From Longimicrobiales bacterium (GTDB lineage Bacteria; Gemmatimonadota; Gemmatimonadetes; Longimicrobiales; Gaopeijiaceae), in NCBI GenBank assembly GCA_965198065.1, contig CBDAON010000004.1, positions 1,728,001 to 1,792,000 on the forward strand: a stretch of DNA of 64,000 nt, in the 5' to 3' direction. The position numbers and the translations under genes were made by a program. A model generated the notes under the pieces. The model was not told where the DNA came from. It did no database searches and worked only from the letters and a program-made list of their open reading frames with translations. The number at the start of each line of letters is the position of its first letter. The first letter of the stretch is position 1. Of the stretch, positions 44,787-55,923 are shown piece by piece.

Positions 44787-45191
44787 CCCCGGTCCGAGGC
44801 GGAACGTCCAGCGCTTGAAGAGAACGAAGGCGACGGGGGTCACGATCAGCAGGGCGAGTGCTTGTCCGAGCGTCGGGTGCAGCCCTCCGACCTCGACGAG
44901 GAGCGCGAGTACCCCGACGGTTAGCACGGAGACGATCAGGCCTACAATCAAGTAGCGTAGGTAGGCGCTCCAAAAGCCTGCGTGCCCGAGCCGGAAAGTG
45001 AAGTAGCGGTTCCCCAGGTACATGAGGACGTTGGAGATGAAGTAGGCCACGACGGAGGCGACGATATAGGCCATGCCGGCCTCGTAGAGCGCTGCGAAGG
45101 CGGCGAGATTCACTACGTATCCGCCGGCGCCTACGAGCACGAACTTGGCAGGTTGGCCGACGAGAGCAGCGAGTCGGGGATGCGCCGTCAT
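44781..45191 (-). CDS. GtrA-family membrane protein
   Basis: KFVLVG, NRYFTF, KRWTF; 4 TM segments. Confidence 0.88.
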   Translation of the reverse strand: MTAHPRLAALVGQPAKFVLVGAGGYVVNLAAFAALYEAGMAYIVASVVAYFISNVLMYLGNRYFTFRLGHAGFWSAYLRYLIVGLIVSVLTVGVLALLVEVGGLHPTLGQALALLIVTPVAFVLFKRWTFRLGPGL

Positions 45192-45407
45192 TCCTTCGGC
45201 CGCCTTCGTGTAGGGAGCGATCGAATAGGCCGTGACGGGCAGCGGAAACGCAAGCTGTCTTACTACCAGTCGTCAGACTCGTCCGAGTCTCCTGAGCATG
45301 GCTTCGATGCCACGATCGACCGCCGGGCCAAGCTCGGCCCTACCGGCTGCGCTGGCGGGTCCCGCCGCTCGCTAAAGCTTAGGTGAGGCCGTGTCGGCCC
45401 CGGATTT

Positions 45408-45530
45408 AGACTGTGCCAAAAACTGCGCCAACGCCCACCGACGCTGGCACACTCTGACCAACGCTCGATTCAACGATTCCAGCGCCTACGGACGCCCACC
45501 GACGCCAGAAAGGGGCTTGCAAAGCAGGCG
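45408..45530. mobile_element. Integrative-element end (att arm plus tRNA-Ala anticodon core)
   Basis: Homologous to 32902-33024 and 31119-31228. Confidence 0.7.
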
Positions 45531-45549
45531 GAATGGTCCTTACCAGGTC

Positions 45550-45789
45550 CTAAGGATCCTCTGGCGCGTCCGAATCCCCAGCGTCTTCGAGCAGCGCCCT
45601 GGCCCGCTCTGCTTCGCTGCTATGGACCAATATCCGGGCCTGCCCGGATAAAGACAGGCCGGCATACATCCCACCTGCATCATCCGCAAGGAGCATCGCA
45701 TCGATTCCGGCCGCGCGGAGCGTTTCAAGCGTAAACTCCGCCTCAAGCCGGTACCTAAACGTAGCCACTACTACCGTCTCATCCGCCAT
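45550..45789 (-). CDS. DUF2007-like small protein
   Basis: VVVATF..RLEAE...LRAAGI...ILVHSSEAERARALL. Confidence 0.75.
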   Translation of the reverse strand: MADETVVVATFRYRLEAEFTLETLRAAGIDAMLLADDAGGMYAGLSLSGQARILVHSSEAERARALLEDAGDSDAPEDP

Positions 45790-46293
45790 GAGCCAAGAGC
45801 CCTGAGGTGACTAAAAGCCCAAGAAACGACAGTCGTTAAGAACGCCTGGGCATGGAACTACCCTCGCAACCCGGGACACTACCGGCACCAATATTGGAGC
45901 TTCCCCCGCTCCGCCACGACCCTTAACATAGTTTGGCGATCCACCTTGTCGTAGACCCGCCGGATCGTCTCTTCGCTCCTCCAGCCACCGACTTCTGACC
46001 GCGTTAGTCATGCCAGCGCAGGCTTCCTTCCCGCTGAAATTCGGAGATGGACCCGTTATAGGCCATGGTTCCTTTCCCTATTGTGGGAACCCATTGTCCG
46101 AATATGGTGGACACACCGCGGCCAGAACGAAAGCTCTCCGTACAAGTGATGATTGGGGAATTCTGCGACTCTGGGAAGAGGGCCAGTGGTCGTCTTAGGA
46201 AGCGGGTGATTACTTCTGGAAGAGCTGATCGCTAGAAGGAGGGATGATGAGCACGCACACACAGGCCATCAGAACGAGCGCCGGGGACGCGGG

Positions 46294-47247
46294 GTGCTCC
46301 GGTGGGCGGGTTCCGTCGGGCCCGAGACGGTCGCGCTGATCCTGCGCGTCGGCCTGGGGCTGGTCGTGCTTTCCGGCGGGGCGAGCAAGCTCTCGCAGCT
46401 CCTGGACCCGGAGCGCCAAGCGGCGATTCTCGAGCAGTACTGGGGTGCCAGCGGTTATGTGAACACCTTCTTCGACCAGTACCTGTTCGCGGGTGCGCTC
46501 GGCGACTTCCTGACCCCGTGGCTGTTCCTCACAACGCTGTCCGCGTTCGAGTTCATCTCGGGCGGCCTACTCTTGGCGGGCGCTTTGGTCCGGCCGCTCG
46601 CCCTCGTCTGGACCGTTCTCTTCTGGAGCTTCATGGCAGCCCTGCCCGTCGCGACCGCCGTGGGCGTGGATCCGGATCTGACGACCTATCGCACGCCGGC
46701 TCTGCTCGTCCTAATCCGCGACGCTGGCCTGTCGGGGCTCTTCGCCACGCTGTTCATGATCGGAGCGGGAAGGTACAGCTTGGACGAGCGATGGATCGGC
46801 CCGGACGCAACCCGACGGACCGTGAACCTCGATGCGATCGGGCTACTGGCGCGATTCTCGGTGGCACTCCCGCTCCTGGTTGGCGGCGCCTTCCACGGCT
46901 ACGGCAACATTCAGTCCTTCGGCATGCCCGCGTGGGTCCTGACCTTGGTGGCGTTGGCCCTCATCTTGAACGTAGGACCTCGCTTGGCCGGCGTCGCGAC
47001 GGTCGGGATCATGGCTTGGTTCGTGGTCAGCAACTTCGACCCGGGCCGGTCCCTAATCGCGAACATGAACGCGGTGAAGCGGGAGTATGCTTTCCTGGCC
47101 GCTGGCGCCGTCCTTGCGCTCTGGGGAGGAGGTCGCCTCTTCTCGGTGCTGGCGGGGCGGGCCGGTTGGTTGCGACTGCTTCGGCCTGGGCTGACCTTCG
47201 GGGCCGACCCGGTTGCTGCGAACGCCGAAGTTGCCCCACCGGCCTAG
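46294..47247 (+). CDS. DoxX/DoxD-like membrane protein
   Basis: ILRVGLG, EFISG, IRDAGL, GAGRYSLD; start probably upstream via frameshift. Confidence 0.75.
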   Translation: MLRWAGSVGPETVALILRVGLGLVVLSGGASKLSQLLDPERQAAILEQYWGASGYVNTFFDQYLFAGALGDFLTPWLFLTTLSAFEFISGGLLLAGALVRPLALVWTVLFWSFMAALPVATAVGVDPDLTTYRTPALLVLIRDAGLSGLFATLFMIGAGRYSLDERWIGPDATRRTVNLDAIGLLARFSVALPLLVGGAFHGYGNIQSFGMPAWVLTLVALALILNVGPRLAGVATVGIMAWFVVSNFDPGRSLIANMNAVKREYAFLAAGAVLALWGGGRLFSVLAGRAGWLRLLRPGLTFGADPVAANAEVAPPA

Positions 47248-47421
47248 GCGTGCGGGCCCACCTACGGTACGGGCACGGTGGCTCTCCAACCCGACATGGG
47301 TCGCGGCGCGCATCGCGAGCCGGACTCCGTTAGCCGAAACCGCGCCAGCGCATAGATTGAGGGCGTTAGCACCCAGCCCGGCAGACCGCCGGTCTGGTTC
47401 GAGTAACGCAGTAAACGGCGC

Positions 47422-48034
47422 GTGAACCTGAGAGAGGTGCTCGTGGACTCGGATGGTTCGGATTTCCTACCGCGATGGAGAGTTACCGCAGACCGCCTCT
47501 TGAGCGTCGCGGCAATCGTTATCAGCGTCGGCAGTCTCTTCACGATCGCCATACCAAGCGCACCTTACTCGCCAGGCGCAGCGCGCGTCGATGATGCCCT
47601 ACCTAATGGTTTCACTGAGCGCCAACGAGACGGGCGTGCACATCAGTACTACGAATAACGGCGTCGGCCCTGCATTGATCGAGGACGTTCGAATCCTCCA
47701 TGAGGGGCAGGACCTCGAGATGGGTCCATATGATTTCTACCTTGATGAGCGTCCGACCAACGGCATGGCTTTGAGTGTAAACAGGCTCATCCCGGGGATG
47801 CTCATTCCTGCGGGAGGGCGTGTCCAAATGCTAGGGGTGGAGGATTCAGCATCGTGGGACGGCTTCCTAGGAGAGCTCCTGCTCATGTTCGAAGTAGCTG
47901 AGGTCCCACGGAGCTGGTACGCGGACGTCGATGCCCTCGGCTCTCCGAAAGCGGTGATCTAAGTCACGTACTCGTCGGTGTATGGCGAGCGTTGGCGCAT
48001 TCGATCGGATGCGCTTGTTCCGGAAGAGTTGTGA
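47422..48034 (+). pseudogene. Hypothetical protein, frameshifted
   Basis: Consecutive overlapping ORFs; NNGVGPALI motif. Confidence 0.5.
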
Positions 48035-48089
48035 TGAGCCACGTCCAGGGTTAGGGAGCAACCCTGCGCGGCTCCGATCACCCCTCCGT

Positions 48090-49374
48090 TGATCTACCCC
48101 CCTAAAACGAGACCGAGTCCAGTTTTAGAATCTGGACGGGGTCAAGACACGAAAGGGGAGGGCACAATGGCCGCACCAAAGAGGCTGAGTCCGGCACAGA
48201 TCATCAACCGGCTACGCAAGGCAGAGGTGGCCCTGGCGAACGGCAATACGACCAAAGAGGTGTGGCGAGACCTGGGGGTGAGCGAGCAGACGTACTACCG
48301 ATGGCGGCGGGAGTACGGGGGAATGAAGCTGGGCCAGGCGAAGCGTCTGAAGGAGCTCGAGAAGCAAAACCAACGCCTGAAGCAGGCGGTGGCGGATCTG
48401 ACGGTCGACAACCTGATTTTGAAGGAAGCCTCCGAGGGAAACTACTGAGCCCCGAGTGGCGCAGGCGGTGCGTGGTGCACGTGCGGCAGCGGCTTGGGGT
48501 GAGCGAAAGGAAGGCGTGCCGGGTGTTGGGCCAGGCGCGCTCGACGCAGCGTCGGATCCCGAAGCGGAGGGAGGACGAGGAGGCGCTGAGACAGGACGTG
48601 GTGAAGGTGGCCCGACGGTTTGGACGCTACGGGTACCGGATGGTGACGGGGATGCTGAGGACGGAGGGCTGGGCCGTGAACCACAAGCGGGTGGAGCGGA
48701 TCTGGAGACAGGAGGGGCTCAAGGTGCCAAGTAAGCAGCCGAAACGAGGGAAGGCTGTGGCTGACCGACGGTTCTTGTATCCGACTGCGGCCCCTGTACC
48801 GACACCATGTATGGGCGTATGACTTCGTGGCGGACCGGACGCATGATGGACGGCCGCTCAAGATGCTGACGGTGCTGGATGAGTACAGCCGGGAGTGCCT
48901 GGCGATCGTGGTGACTCGCAGGCTTCAGGCGGACGATGTTCTGCAGACGCTGAGCGAGCTGTTTGCCGAGCACGGTCCACCGGCGAATCTTCGCTCCGAC
49001 AACGGTCCGGAGTTCACGGCCCGAGTGGTTCGGCAGTGGCTCGGTGAGCTAGGCGTGAAGACGCTGTTCATCGAGCCGGGCAGCCCGTGGGAGAACGGCT
49101 ACAATGAGAGCTTTAACGGCACGCTCCGAAACGAGCTGCTGAAGCGCGAAATCTTCTGTTCGCTGGAGGAGGCGAAGGTGCTGATCGAGCAGTGGCGGCG
49201 CGAATACAACACGCATCGACCGCACAGCTCTCTGGGTTATCGACCCCCGGCCCCCGAAGCGATCCGGCCAGACCCAAAGCTGCTCAACCTACCTCTGCTT
49301 CTTGGACCACCCCCCAGCCAAAAGGAGGTGCTTGGACTAACACTCTAGGTGGTACCGCTTTTGGGGGCAGGTCA
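48090..49374 (+). mobile_element. IS3 family (IS407 group), variant C, full length, one orfB frameshift
   Basis: TGATC...GGTCA ends, orfA 48167-48448, GGGAAAC, DDE motifs. Confidence 0.95.
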
Positions 49375-50200
49375 CCATGCCAGGGTTACGCTGGCCAACA
49401 CTGCGCACACTCGGGTCACAACTCGGTTACGACTCATCGATTTTGTCTCAGGGAGCAAAAGGGAGTACCGATGCTATCCCGGACCAGGCTGCCACGGCTA
49501 CGTCCCCTTTGCTGCGTTAGATGAACTGGTACAGACGGGCTGCGTTTCGACCGATCGCGACCGAGGCCACCCTCTGGTTCAAGCGGTCCTCCAGGAGCGG
49601 TTCAAGAATCCGTTGGCGGAGCCCGATCCGCCTCTCGTACGTAGCCGGAACTCTAGGGACATCGCCTCTTTGCCCGTTGTTGACACCGCACGAAGCAGGC
49701 TCGTCAATGTACGGGTATGGAGATTTTTACGGCCCAGGGTTCCACGCGTCGGGCGACGAGTTTGTTTGGTGCACGGGAGCTAGCTTACCCAATGTGCGTA
49801 CATTGGGCTCTGGCGAGGGGGCACGGCGCTCCCCCTTCGAACCCCCGGCGGCGCGCGGCCCTGTCGTGCCGGCGGGCGGGCGGCTCAGCTCCCCGACAGA
49901 CACCCCTTGCCGGTGCGCGCTGATGGGCGAGCGCCGCACCGGCGAGAGCCGTCAGCCGCGTGTCGTCGGCGGAGCGCCGCCGACCAGCCAAGGTGCCCCC
50001 GTCGCGTGCGCGCGGCCGCAGTCCGGCCGGACACGTTGCTTCCGGCCGACGGTGGCGCGGTCGTCCCGGTGGCCGGCGCGCTCACGGTCTTGCCGCTGCT
50101 ATCATTGCTCCGCACAGATTGTCGCCGGGCGTCGACGCCCGCGCCTGACAGCCGCTACAGCGCCCTTCTGACGAACGACCGACCCGTGGCCGAAGGCAGC

Positions 50201-50435
50201 CTGACGAAGGCGGCGCTTGTCGAGGAGGTGGCCCACGTCGCCGGTCTCACGAAGAAGCGCACCGAGGTGATTGTCGAAACCATGTTCCGTAGCATCGCGG
50301 AGGCGGCTGCACCAAGGGAAGAAGGTCGAACCCCGCGGCTTCGGCAGTTTCCGTCTCCGGCGCCGTGGGCCGCACAGAGGCCGCAACCCCAGGACCGGCG
50401 ACCGGGTGGACGTGCCGTCGAAGCGCGTCGCTTAG
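50201..50435 (+). pseudogene. IHF/HU-family protein relic
   Basis: LTKAALVEEVA...RGFGSF...GRNPRTG across a frameshift. Confidence 0.85.
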
Positions 50436-50571
50436 GACTCTGACGGAAATTACCTTACCGCATCCCAAGCGGGCGCTGAAGCTGGCAAGTCTATATCGAT
50501 CGGTATCCTTGAAGGGTTCGGCCGGCGTGCCATTCAATTAAATCGATCACCGAATTGCGAAAGGTAGCCGA

Positions 50572-51780
50572 ATGCAGGCGATGTTGACGTGGCTCGACCT
50601 GACGGCGAGCGACCGGGACAAGATGCGGCGCGTGCTGGATCTGTTCAAGGAGCAGGGCACGCTCGACGAGATGGGGATCGGGAGCCTGCGGGACGTGCTG
50701 TCGGACGCGCTGTTTCCCGGCACGTCGTCTATCCAGACCCGACTGCGGTACGTGCTGTTCATCCCGTGGATCTATCGGCGGTTGGAAGATCGAAAGGTCC
50801 GGGCCGCCGAGGTGGAGCGAGCCGCTCGGAAGGCCGAGGTTGATCTCATCGGCCCGCTCGAACGGAACTCGGACAACGCGGGGATCATCGGCCAGAGGGC
50901 TCGGGGCTCGCTCGTACGGTTGCCGAGTTCCGTCTATTGGAGCGCGCTCACGCGGTGGGGCATATTTCAGCCCCAGCAGAGCCTGGGTTGGTACCACTCA
51001 CGCTTCGATGCGCTCGTGGATGGACGCGGCGTTGTCGGGCGAGCGGACGATCCGGGCGTGATCTGGAGCCAGCAGGCGCATTGGCATCCGCGGCTGCCCG
51101 AGCCGCCAGCGGGGTTCCCCTGGGAAGCGTCATTCGCGTTGACCCATGACGAGGCCGACTTCTTGCGCGGCCGCATGGAGGAACGGTGCGCGGGCACCCT
51201 GCTGGCATGGCTGGTGCGGAACGGATCGGATTCGCCGGCGGAGAACGTCTGGGAGGATCCCGATGCGCTGCGCGCCCCGGAGAGGATTCGAGACATCTTG
51301 GAACTGGCGCGGCGGTTCTCGCTCCACGTCGAGGGCATGCCGCTGCTCTACAACCTGCTTGTGGCGGAACGCCGGCGTGACGTCCTTGACTCAGACGAGG
51401 ACAAATCGATCGACGAATTCCGGGCAGGCCTCGCCGAGTGGGCAGCCGGGGAGGCCGACGAGGACCGCCCGTTCGAGCCTGATGCGCTTTGGCAACTGGT
51501 CGTCCAGCGTGGTGGACGCCTCCCGTATCCGCAACGCGTCTTCATCGAAAGCTGGTCGCGACGGATCGCCGAACTGGGTCCCGACAGGGTCGCCGATGAC
51601 AATCGGTTGCGGACGTTGGTCACCGAACGCGAGCTCTGCCTCAAGGGCGCACGGGCACGGCTGGCGAACCGGAACCGCCTGATGGACTGGATGCCAGGGG
51701 TCGGTGTCGGGCGGATGGACTTCCGCTGGTTTCGGGTCCGGCAGTTCATGATCGACCTGCACCGGGGGGTTGCCGCCTGA
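50572..51780 (+). CDS. DUF6361-like protein, gene 1 of defence operon
   Basis: GTLDEMGIG..RD.LSD.LFPGTS.IQTRLRY, PSSVYW; TGATG coupling to next gene. Confidence 0.7.
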   Translation: MQAMLTWLDLTASDRDKMRRVLDLFKEQGTLDEMGIGSLRDVLSDALFPGTSSIQTRLRYVLFIPWIYRRLEDRKVRAAEVERAARKAEVDLIGPLERNSDNAGIIGQRARGSLVRLPSSVYWSALTRWGIFQPQQSLGWYHSRFDALVDGRGVVGRADDPGVIWSQQAHWHPRLPEPPAGFPWEASFALTHDEADFLRGRMEERCAGTLLAWLVRNGSDSPAENVWEDPDALRAPERIRDILELARRFSLHVEGMPLLYNLLVAERRRDVLDSDEDKSIDEFRAGLAEWAAGEADEDRPFEPDALWQLVVQRGGRLPYPQRVFIESWSRRIAELGPDRVADDNRLRTLVTERELCLKGARARLANRNRLMDWMPGVGVGRMDFRWFRVRQFMIDLHRGVAA

Positions 51781-53618
51781 TGCTCCCGCCGGACTCGCGC
51801 ACCACCGCTTTCGAGCTGATCCGCCCGCCGAGCGGATACCGCCTCGACTTCGCCGTGCTGACCACCTACACGCTCGATCTGGAAGCGCTGCTCGTGCTGC
51901 CCTTGTCGGTGCTCGTACACTCCGACAGAGGCTTGGAGGAGCTGCTGGCAGATCCGCTTCGGCTGCATCAGGCGATCCGGGACGCCGGCGATCGCGTGCA
52001 TGCCTTCGTCGACGAAAAGGGCATCGCGATTCCGCGTGGCGCGCGCTCGCTGTACTCGATGCTCGAGTCGAGCGTGCATCCCGTGCGCGCACCGAACCGC
52101 GGCGCCTTCCATCCCAAGGTGTGGGTGGCCCGGTTCATGGCGGTGGACGAAACGGCGGAGGACCTGCTGCGGGTGGCGGTCCTGTCGCGGAACCTGACCT
52201 TCGACCGTTCCTGGGACATCGCACTGGCGAGCGAGGCCCTGCTTCGGAGCAGGCGGCGCGTGGCCGCGAGCCGGCCGCTGCATGACTTCCTCGTGGCGCT
52301 GCCGCAACTGGCCACCAATCGCATCCCAGAGGGCATCGTGGAGCGTGTCGAGGAGCTCGCCGATCAGGTCACGCGAACCGCGTTTCCGGCCCCCGACGGC
52401 TTCGATTCGCCGATCGAGTTCCATGCGCTCGGATTGACACGCGGGCGTCGAACCTGGAGCCCGCCGTCGAGTGGCTATCGCACGCTCGCCGTAGCCCCGT
52501 TCGCCAACCAGACGGGGCTCGACGCGGTCAGCCGGCTGGGCGGAAACGACCGGATACTGGTGAGCCGGCAGGAGGAGCTCGACAAGCTGTCCAAAGACGT
52601 GCTCGCCGAATGGAACGAGGTATTCGTCCTGTCGGATACCGCCCAGGGCGAAGCCGAGGATGGTCCGGCCGAGACGGACGAGGACGATTCCGGGACGGGT
52701 GCAGACGCTCGCCCGTCGGGGCTGCACGCCAAGATGATCGCCGTGGAGCACGGTTGGGACGTGACGTGGTCTGTCGGCTCCGCGAACCTGACCTCGGCGG
52801 CGTTCGCCGGCAGCAACGTAGAGATGATGGCGTCCGTCACAGGCAAGAAGGGGCGCAAGGACGGCGCCAGCGGTTACGGCATAGATCGCTTCCTCGACGG
52901 CGGATTCCAGAAGCTGTGCGTGCCGTATCAGAGGGTCGAACCGGAGACGGTGGATCCGCGCGTGACCGACGCACGGGCGCGCCTCGAGGCGGCGCGCGAC
53001 GCCCTCGTGGACGCCGCTCTGCGAGTGACTTGCGTTTCCGAGAGTGATCTCTGGACGTTGACGATCGACAGCGTCGCTCTGCCCGCCGACGATGTCGAGG
53101 TTGCAGCCTGGCCCGTCTCGGTTCCGGAAGACCAGGCCTGCCGGCTGCCGGAACCGTTGCGCTGGAGGCTGCCGGTCGCGCGCCTGACCGCGTTCGTCGC
53201 CTTCAGGATGAGTGTCCCGGTACGGGGTGTGGACGACATCCGCATGACCCTGCGGCTTCCTGCCGAGGGAATGCCGGAGGACCGGATACATCAGTTACTC
53301 AGAACCTTGCTGGACAGCCCCGAGAAGTTCCTGCGGTTCCTGAGGGCGTTGCTGGGCGGGCTCGACGCCGTGCTCGGCTGGGCAAAGGATGTCGGAGAAG
53401 GGAACGGCAAGGGCGACTGGGGAGTCGGCGGCGGCGGCGAGACCCTGCTCGACGACCTTGTCCGCACCGCGTCCAGAGAACCGGAGCGCCTCGAGCCCGT
53501 CCGCCGCCTGATCGACGACCTGCGGAAGACGGATGAAGGGCGGCGTATCGTGCCGGACGAGCTGTTCGCTATCTGGATGGCTGTCGACGAGGCGCTCGCA
53601 CCGGAGCCACGTTCATAA
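51780..53618 (+). CDS. Phospholipase D-like nuclease-domain protein
   Basis: Two HxK-type motifs: FHPK...SRNLT and LHAK...GSANLT. Confidence 0.85.
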   Translation: MLPPDSRTTAFELIRPPSGYRLDFAVLTTYTLDLEALLVLPLSVLVHSDRGLEELLADPLRLHQAIRDAGDRVHAFVDEKGIAIPRGARSLYSMLESSVHPVRAPNRGAFHPKVWVARFMAVDETAEDLLRVAVLSRNLTFDRSWDIALASEALLRSRRRVAASRPLHDFLVALPQLATNRIPEGIVERVEELADQVTRTAFPAPDGFDSPIEFHALGLTRGRRTWSPPSSGYRTLAVAPFANQTGLDAVSRLGGNDRILVSRQEELDKLSKDVLAEWNEVFVLSDTAQGEAEDGPAETDEDDSGTGADARPSGLHAKMIAVEHGWDVTWSVGSANLTSAAFAGSNVEMMASVTGKKGRKDGASGYGIDRFLDGGFQKLCVPYQRVEPETVDPRVTDARARLEAARDALVDAALRVTCVSESDLWTLTIDSVALPADDVEVAAWPVSVPEDQACRLPEPLRWRLPVARLTAFVAFRMSVPVRGVDDIRMTLRLPAEGMPEDRIHQLLRTLLDSPEKFLRFLRALLGGLDAVLGWAKDVGEGNGKGDWGVGGGGETLLDDLVRTASREPERLEPVRRLIDDLRKTDEGRRIVPDELFAIWMAVDEALAPEPRS

Positions 53619-55437
53619 AGCGACCATCCGTCGACGCGAGCCTCAAGCCTCTCAAGTCCTTTCAGCGCCGCACGGTGGAGCACGCCTTCCACCGTCTGTT
53701 CACAGCGGAGGACAGCACAGGGCGCTTTCTGGTGGCCGACGAGGTGGGCCTCGGCAAGACGCTGGTCGCCCGGGGCATCATCGCCCGCGCCATCGATCAC
53801 CTCTGGAACGACGTCGAACGGATCGACATCGTCTACATCTGCAGCAACGGCAGCATCGCGCGCGCCAATCTCCCCAAGCTGCAGGTGGACGGGGCAGAGC
53901 AACGGTCGTTCGCGTTGGCGACCCGGCTCACGATGCTGGCCACGGAGCTGGCGCATCGCGAAGGCGAATCCGGGCTCGCCGGCAGCAAGCTGAACTTCGT
54001 CAGCTTCACGCCGGGCACATCGTTCAAGATGGGGCACTCGGCCGGCCAGGGCCGGGAGCGGGAGGTGCTGTTTCAACTGCTCGACCCGTTGGTGGGTCCG
54101 CGTACAGCGCTCATGAATCTCCTGCAGGGATGGATCACCAAGAAGGAGAAATGGCGACGGCGGCTGGAGAACAATCCCCGGCCTATCGACGACACGATAC
54201 GGCAGAGCTTCGAGGCGGCGTTCCATGAGTGCCCGGACCTGCAGGGCAGGCTGCGCGAGATCCTCGACACGTGGTTCCGTCGCTACCGGTCGTGGCCAGC
54301 CGAAGCCCGGCAGCAGCGCGACCAGGTCATCTCCGAGTTGCGCCGCGTGCTGGCCGGCGCGTGCGTCAAGGCGCTCGAGCCCGATCTGGTCATCCTAGAC
54401 GAGTTCCAGCGCTTCAAGAAGCTGCTCGACACGCGCGAAACGGAACGAGATCCCGCGGCGGATCTGGCGCAGGAGCTGTTCCAGGCCGAGGCCCATGACG
54501 GCAAACGCGTACGCACGCTCCTGCTTTCCGCAACACCGTACAAGCTCTACACCGCGGACGCAGAGATCGAGCATGAGGAGCACTACAAGGATTTCCTAGG
54601 CACCACGCGGTTCCTGCTCGGCGACGATGAGGCCCGCGTCGAAGCCGTGAAGTACCAGCTCTCGCGTTTCGGGTCGGCACTGAGGCGCGTGGCCGCCGGA
54701 GACCCGGCGCAGGTGGAACGCGTAGAGCTGGCGAAGCGCGCGGTCGAAGGCTCCCTTCGGGACGTGATGGCGCGCACCGAGCGTGTTGCGGCCAGTGACG
54801 ATCGGGACGCGATGGTGACCGAGGACCGGCGCACAACGACCGTCACCTCCAGCGATGTGCGCCAGTACCTGGCCGCCGATGCGCTGTTCCGCGCGGTCGA
54901 TGGACACGATCCGATGCCGTTCTGGAAGTCGGCCCCGTACCTCGCGCACTTCATGCACGGCTACAAGTTCAACAAGCTCGTCGACGAGGCGATGAGCACG
55001 CCGGACAGAATGGTCGACGCGCTCCAGCGACATGACTCGGCGTTTCTGAAAGCGGCGACGCTGCGGTCGTGGGGAAGCATCGACCCCGGACACGCGAAGC
55101 TGAGGGAACTGGTGAGGGAGCTGATCGGCGAGGGGCTGTGGCGCCTGCTGTGGATGCCGCCCACGTTGCCGTACTGGCCGCTGGAAGGACCGTTCGAGGG
55201 CAAGGAACAAGCGACGAAGCGCCTGTTGTTCTCCGCTTGGAACATGGTGCCGGACGTGGTCAGCGCTGTCCTGAGCTACGAAGCGGAACGGCTGATGACG
55301 GGAGGCCGGCTCAAGTCATACGACAACCCCGACGAGCAGCAGAGGCCACTGCTGAGACTGACACAGTCGACGTCCGGTGTTCTATCCCGGCATCGTCTCC
55401 TCCTGCTGCTCCTGCCCTGCCTGCCGCTGGCGGATCA
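53615..55437 (+). pseudogene. SF2 (SNF2-like) helicase, C-terminal domain missing
   Basis: ADEVGLGKT, LDEFQ, LSATP; no motif V/VI before a junction near 55437. Confidence 0.85.
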
Positions 55438-55826
55438 GATAGTGGCGTTGGTGCGGGCGGGGACGAGTGGACGTTGCGCCTCTTCGGGCCTGTTGGAGCA
55501 GCCACCATGACCCGTTGGTCTTCCGGCCAGTACGTCAAGGAAACACAGGAGATCCTAGACGGCGCGGCAGGCGCGAGATCGACCGCAGAGGTCTCTGCGG
55601 CCAAGGCCTCGACCGACTTCCGGCGGTGGCTCGCTGGAGTCCACAACCCATGTACAGCGAGCAGCAGGCGTGACGTCGGAGGTGAACACATTAGCGAGCT
55701 CCACCTCAGCGCGCTGCGGCAGTGGTGGCTCGAGTCCCAATCAACTCGGGCCACTGCAGCCTGCTTCGGTGTATCGTTGTGAGCCCACGATAGTCCCTTG
55801 CGCGGGCCCGGCTCGGGCGTTTCCCT

Positions 55827-55923
55827 TCATTCACTCATATCTGACGGCACCGTGATCAGCCATGATCGATAGCTCATTCACTCGTATCTGACGGCACCGT
55901 GATCAGCCATGATCGATAGCTCA
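55827..55923 (+). repeat. 47-bp tandem duplication
   Basis: TCATTCACTC(A/G)TATCTGACGGCACCGTGATCAGCCATGATCGATAGC twice. Confidence 0.95.

Noticed and set aside
47330..47410. GGTTCGAG suggestive of a tRNA T-arm
   Set aside because: No cloverleaf, D-arm or acceptor stem
49380..50170. ORFs between IS3 and the IHF relic
   Set aside because: No recognisable motifs; Arg/Pro-rich spurious composition
51348..54226. Long minus-strand ORFs (647 and 311 aa)
   Set aside because: Antisense shadows of the high-GC PLD/helicase operon
50572..55437. Helicase as Cas3, or operon as cas or DISARM
   Set aside because: No HD domain or Cascade genes; SNF2-type ADEVGLGKT motif; no methylase or DrmB
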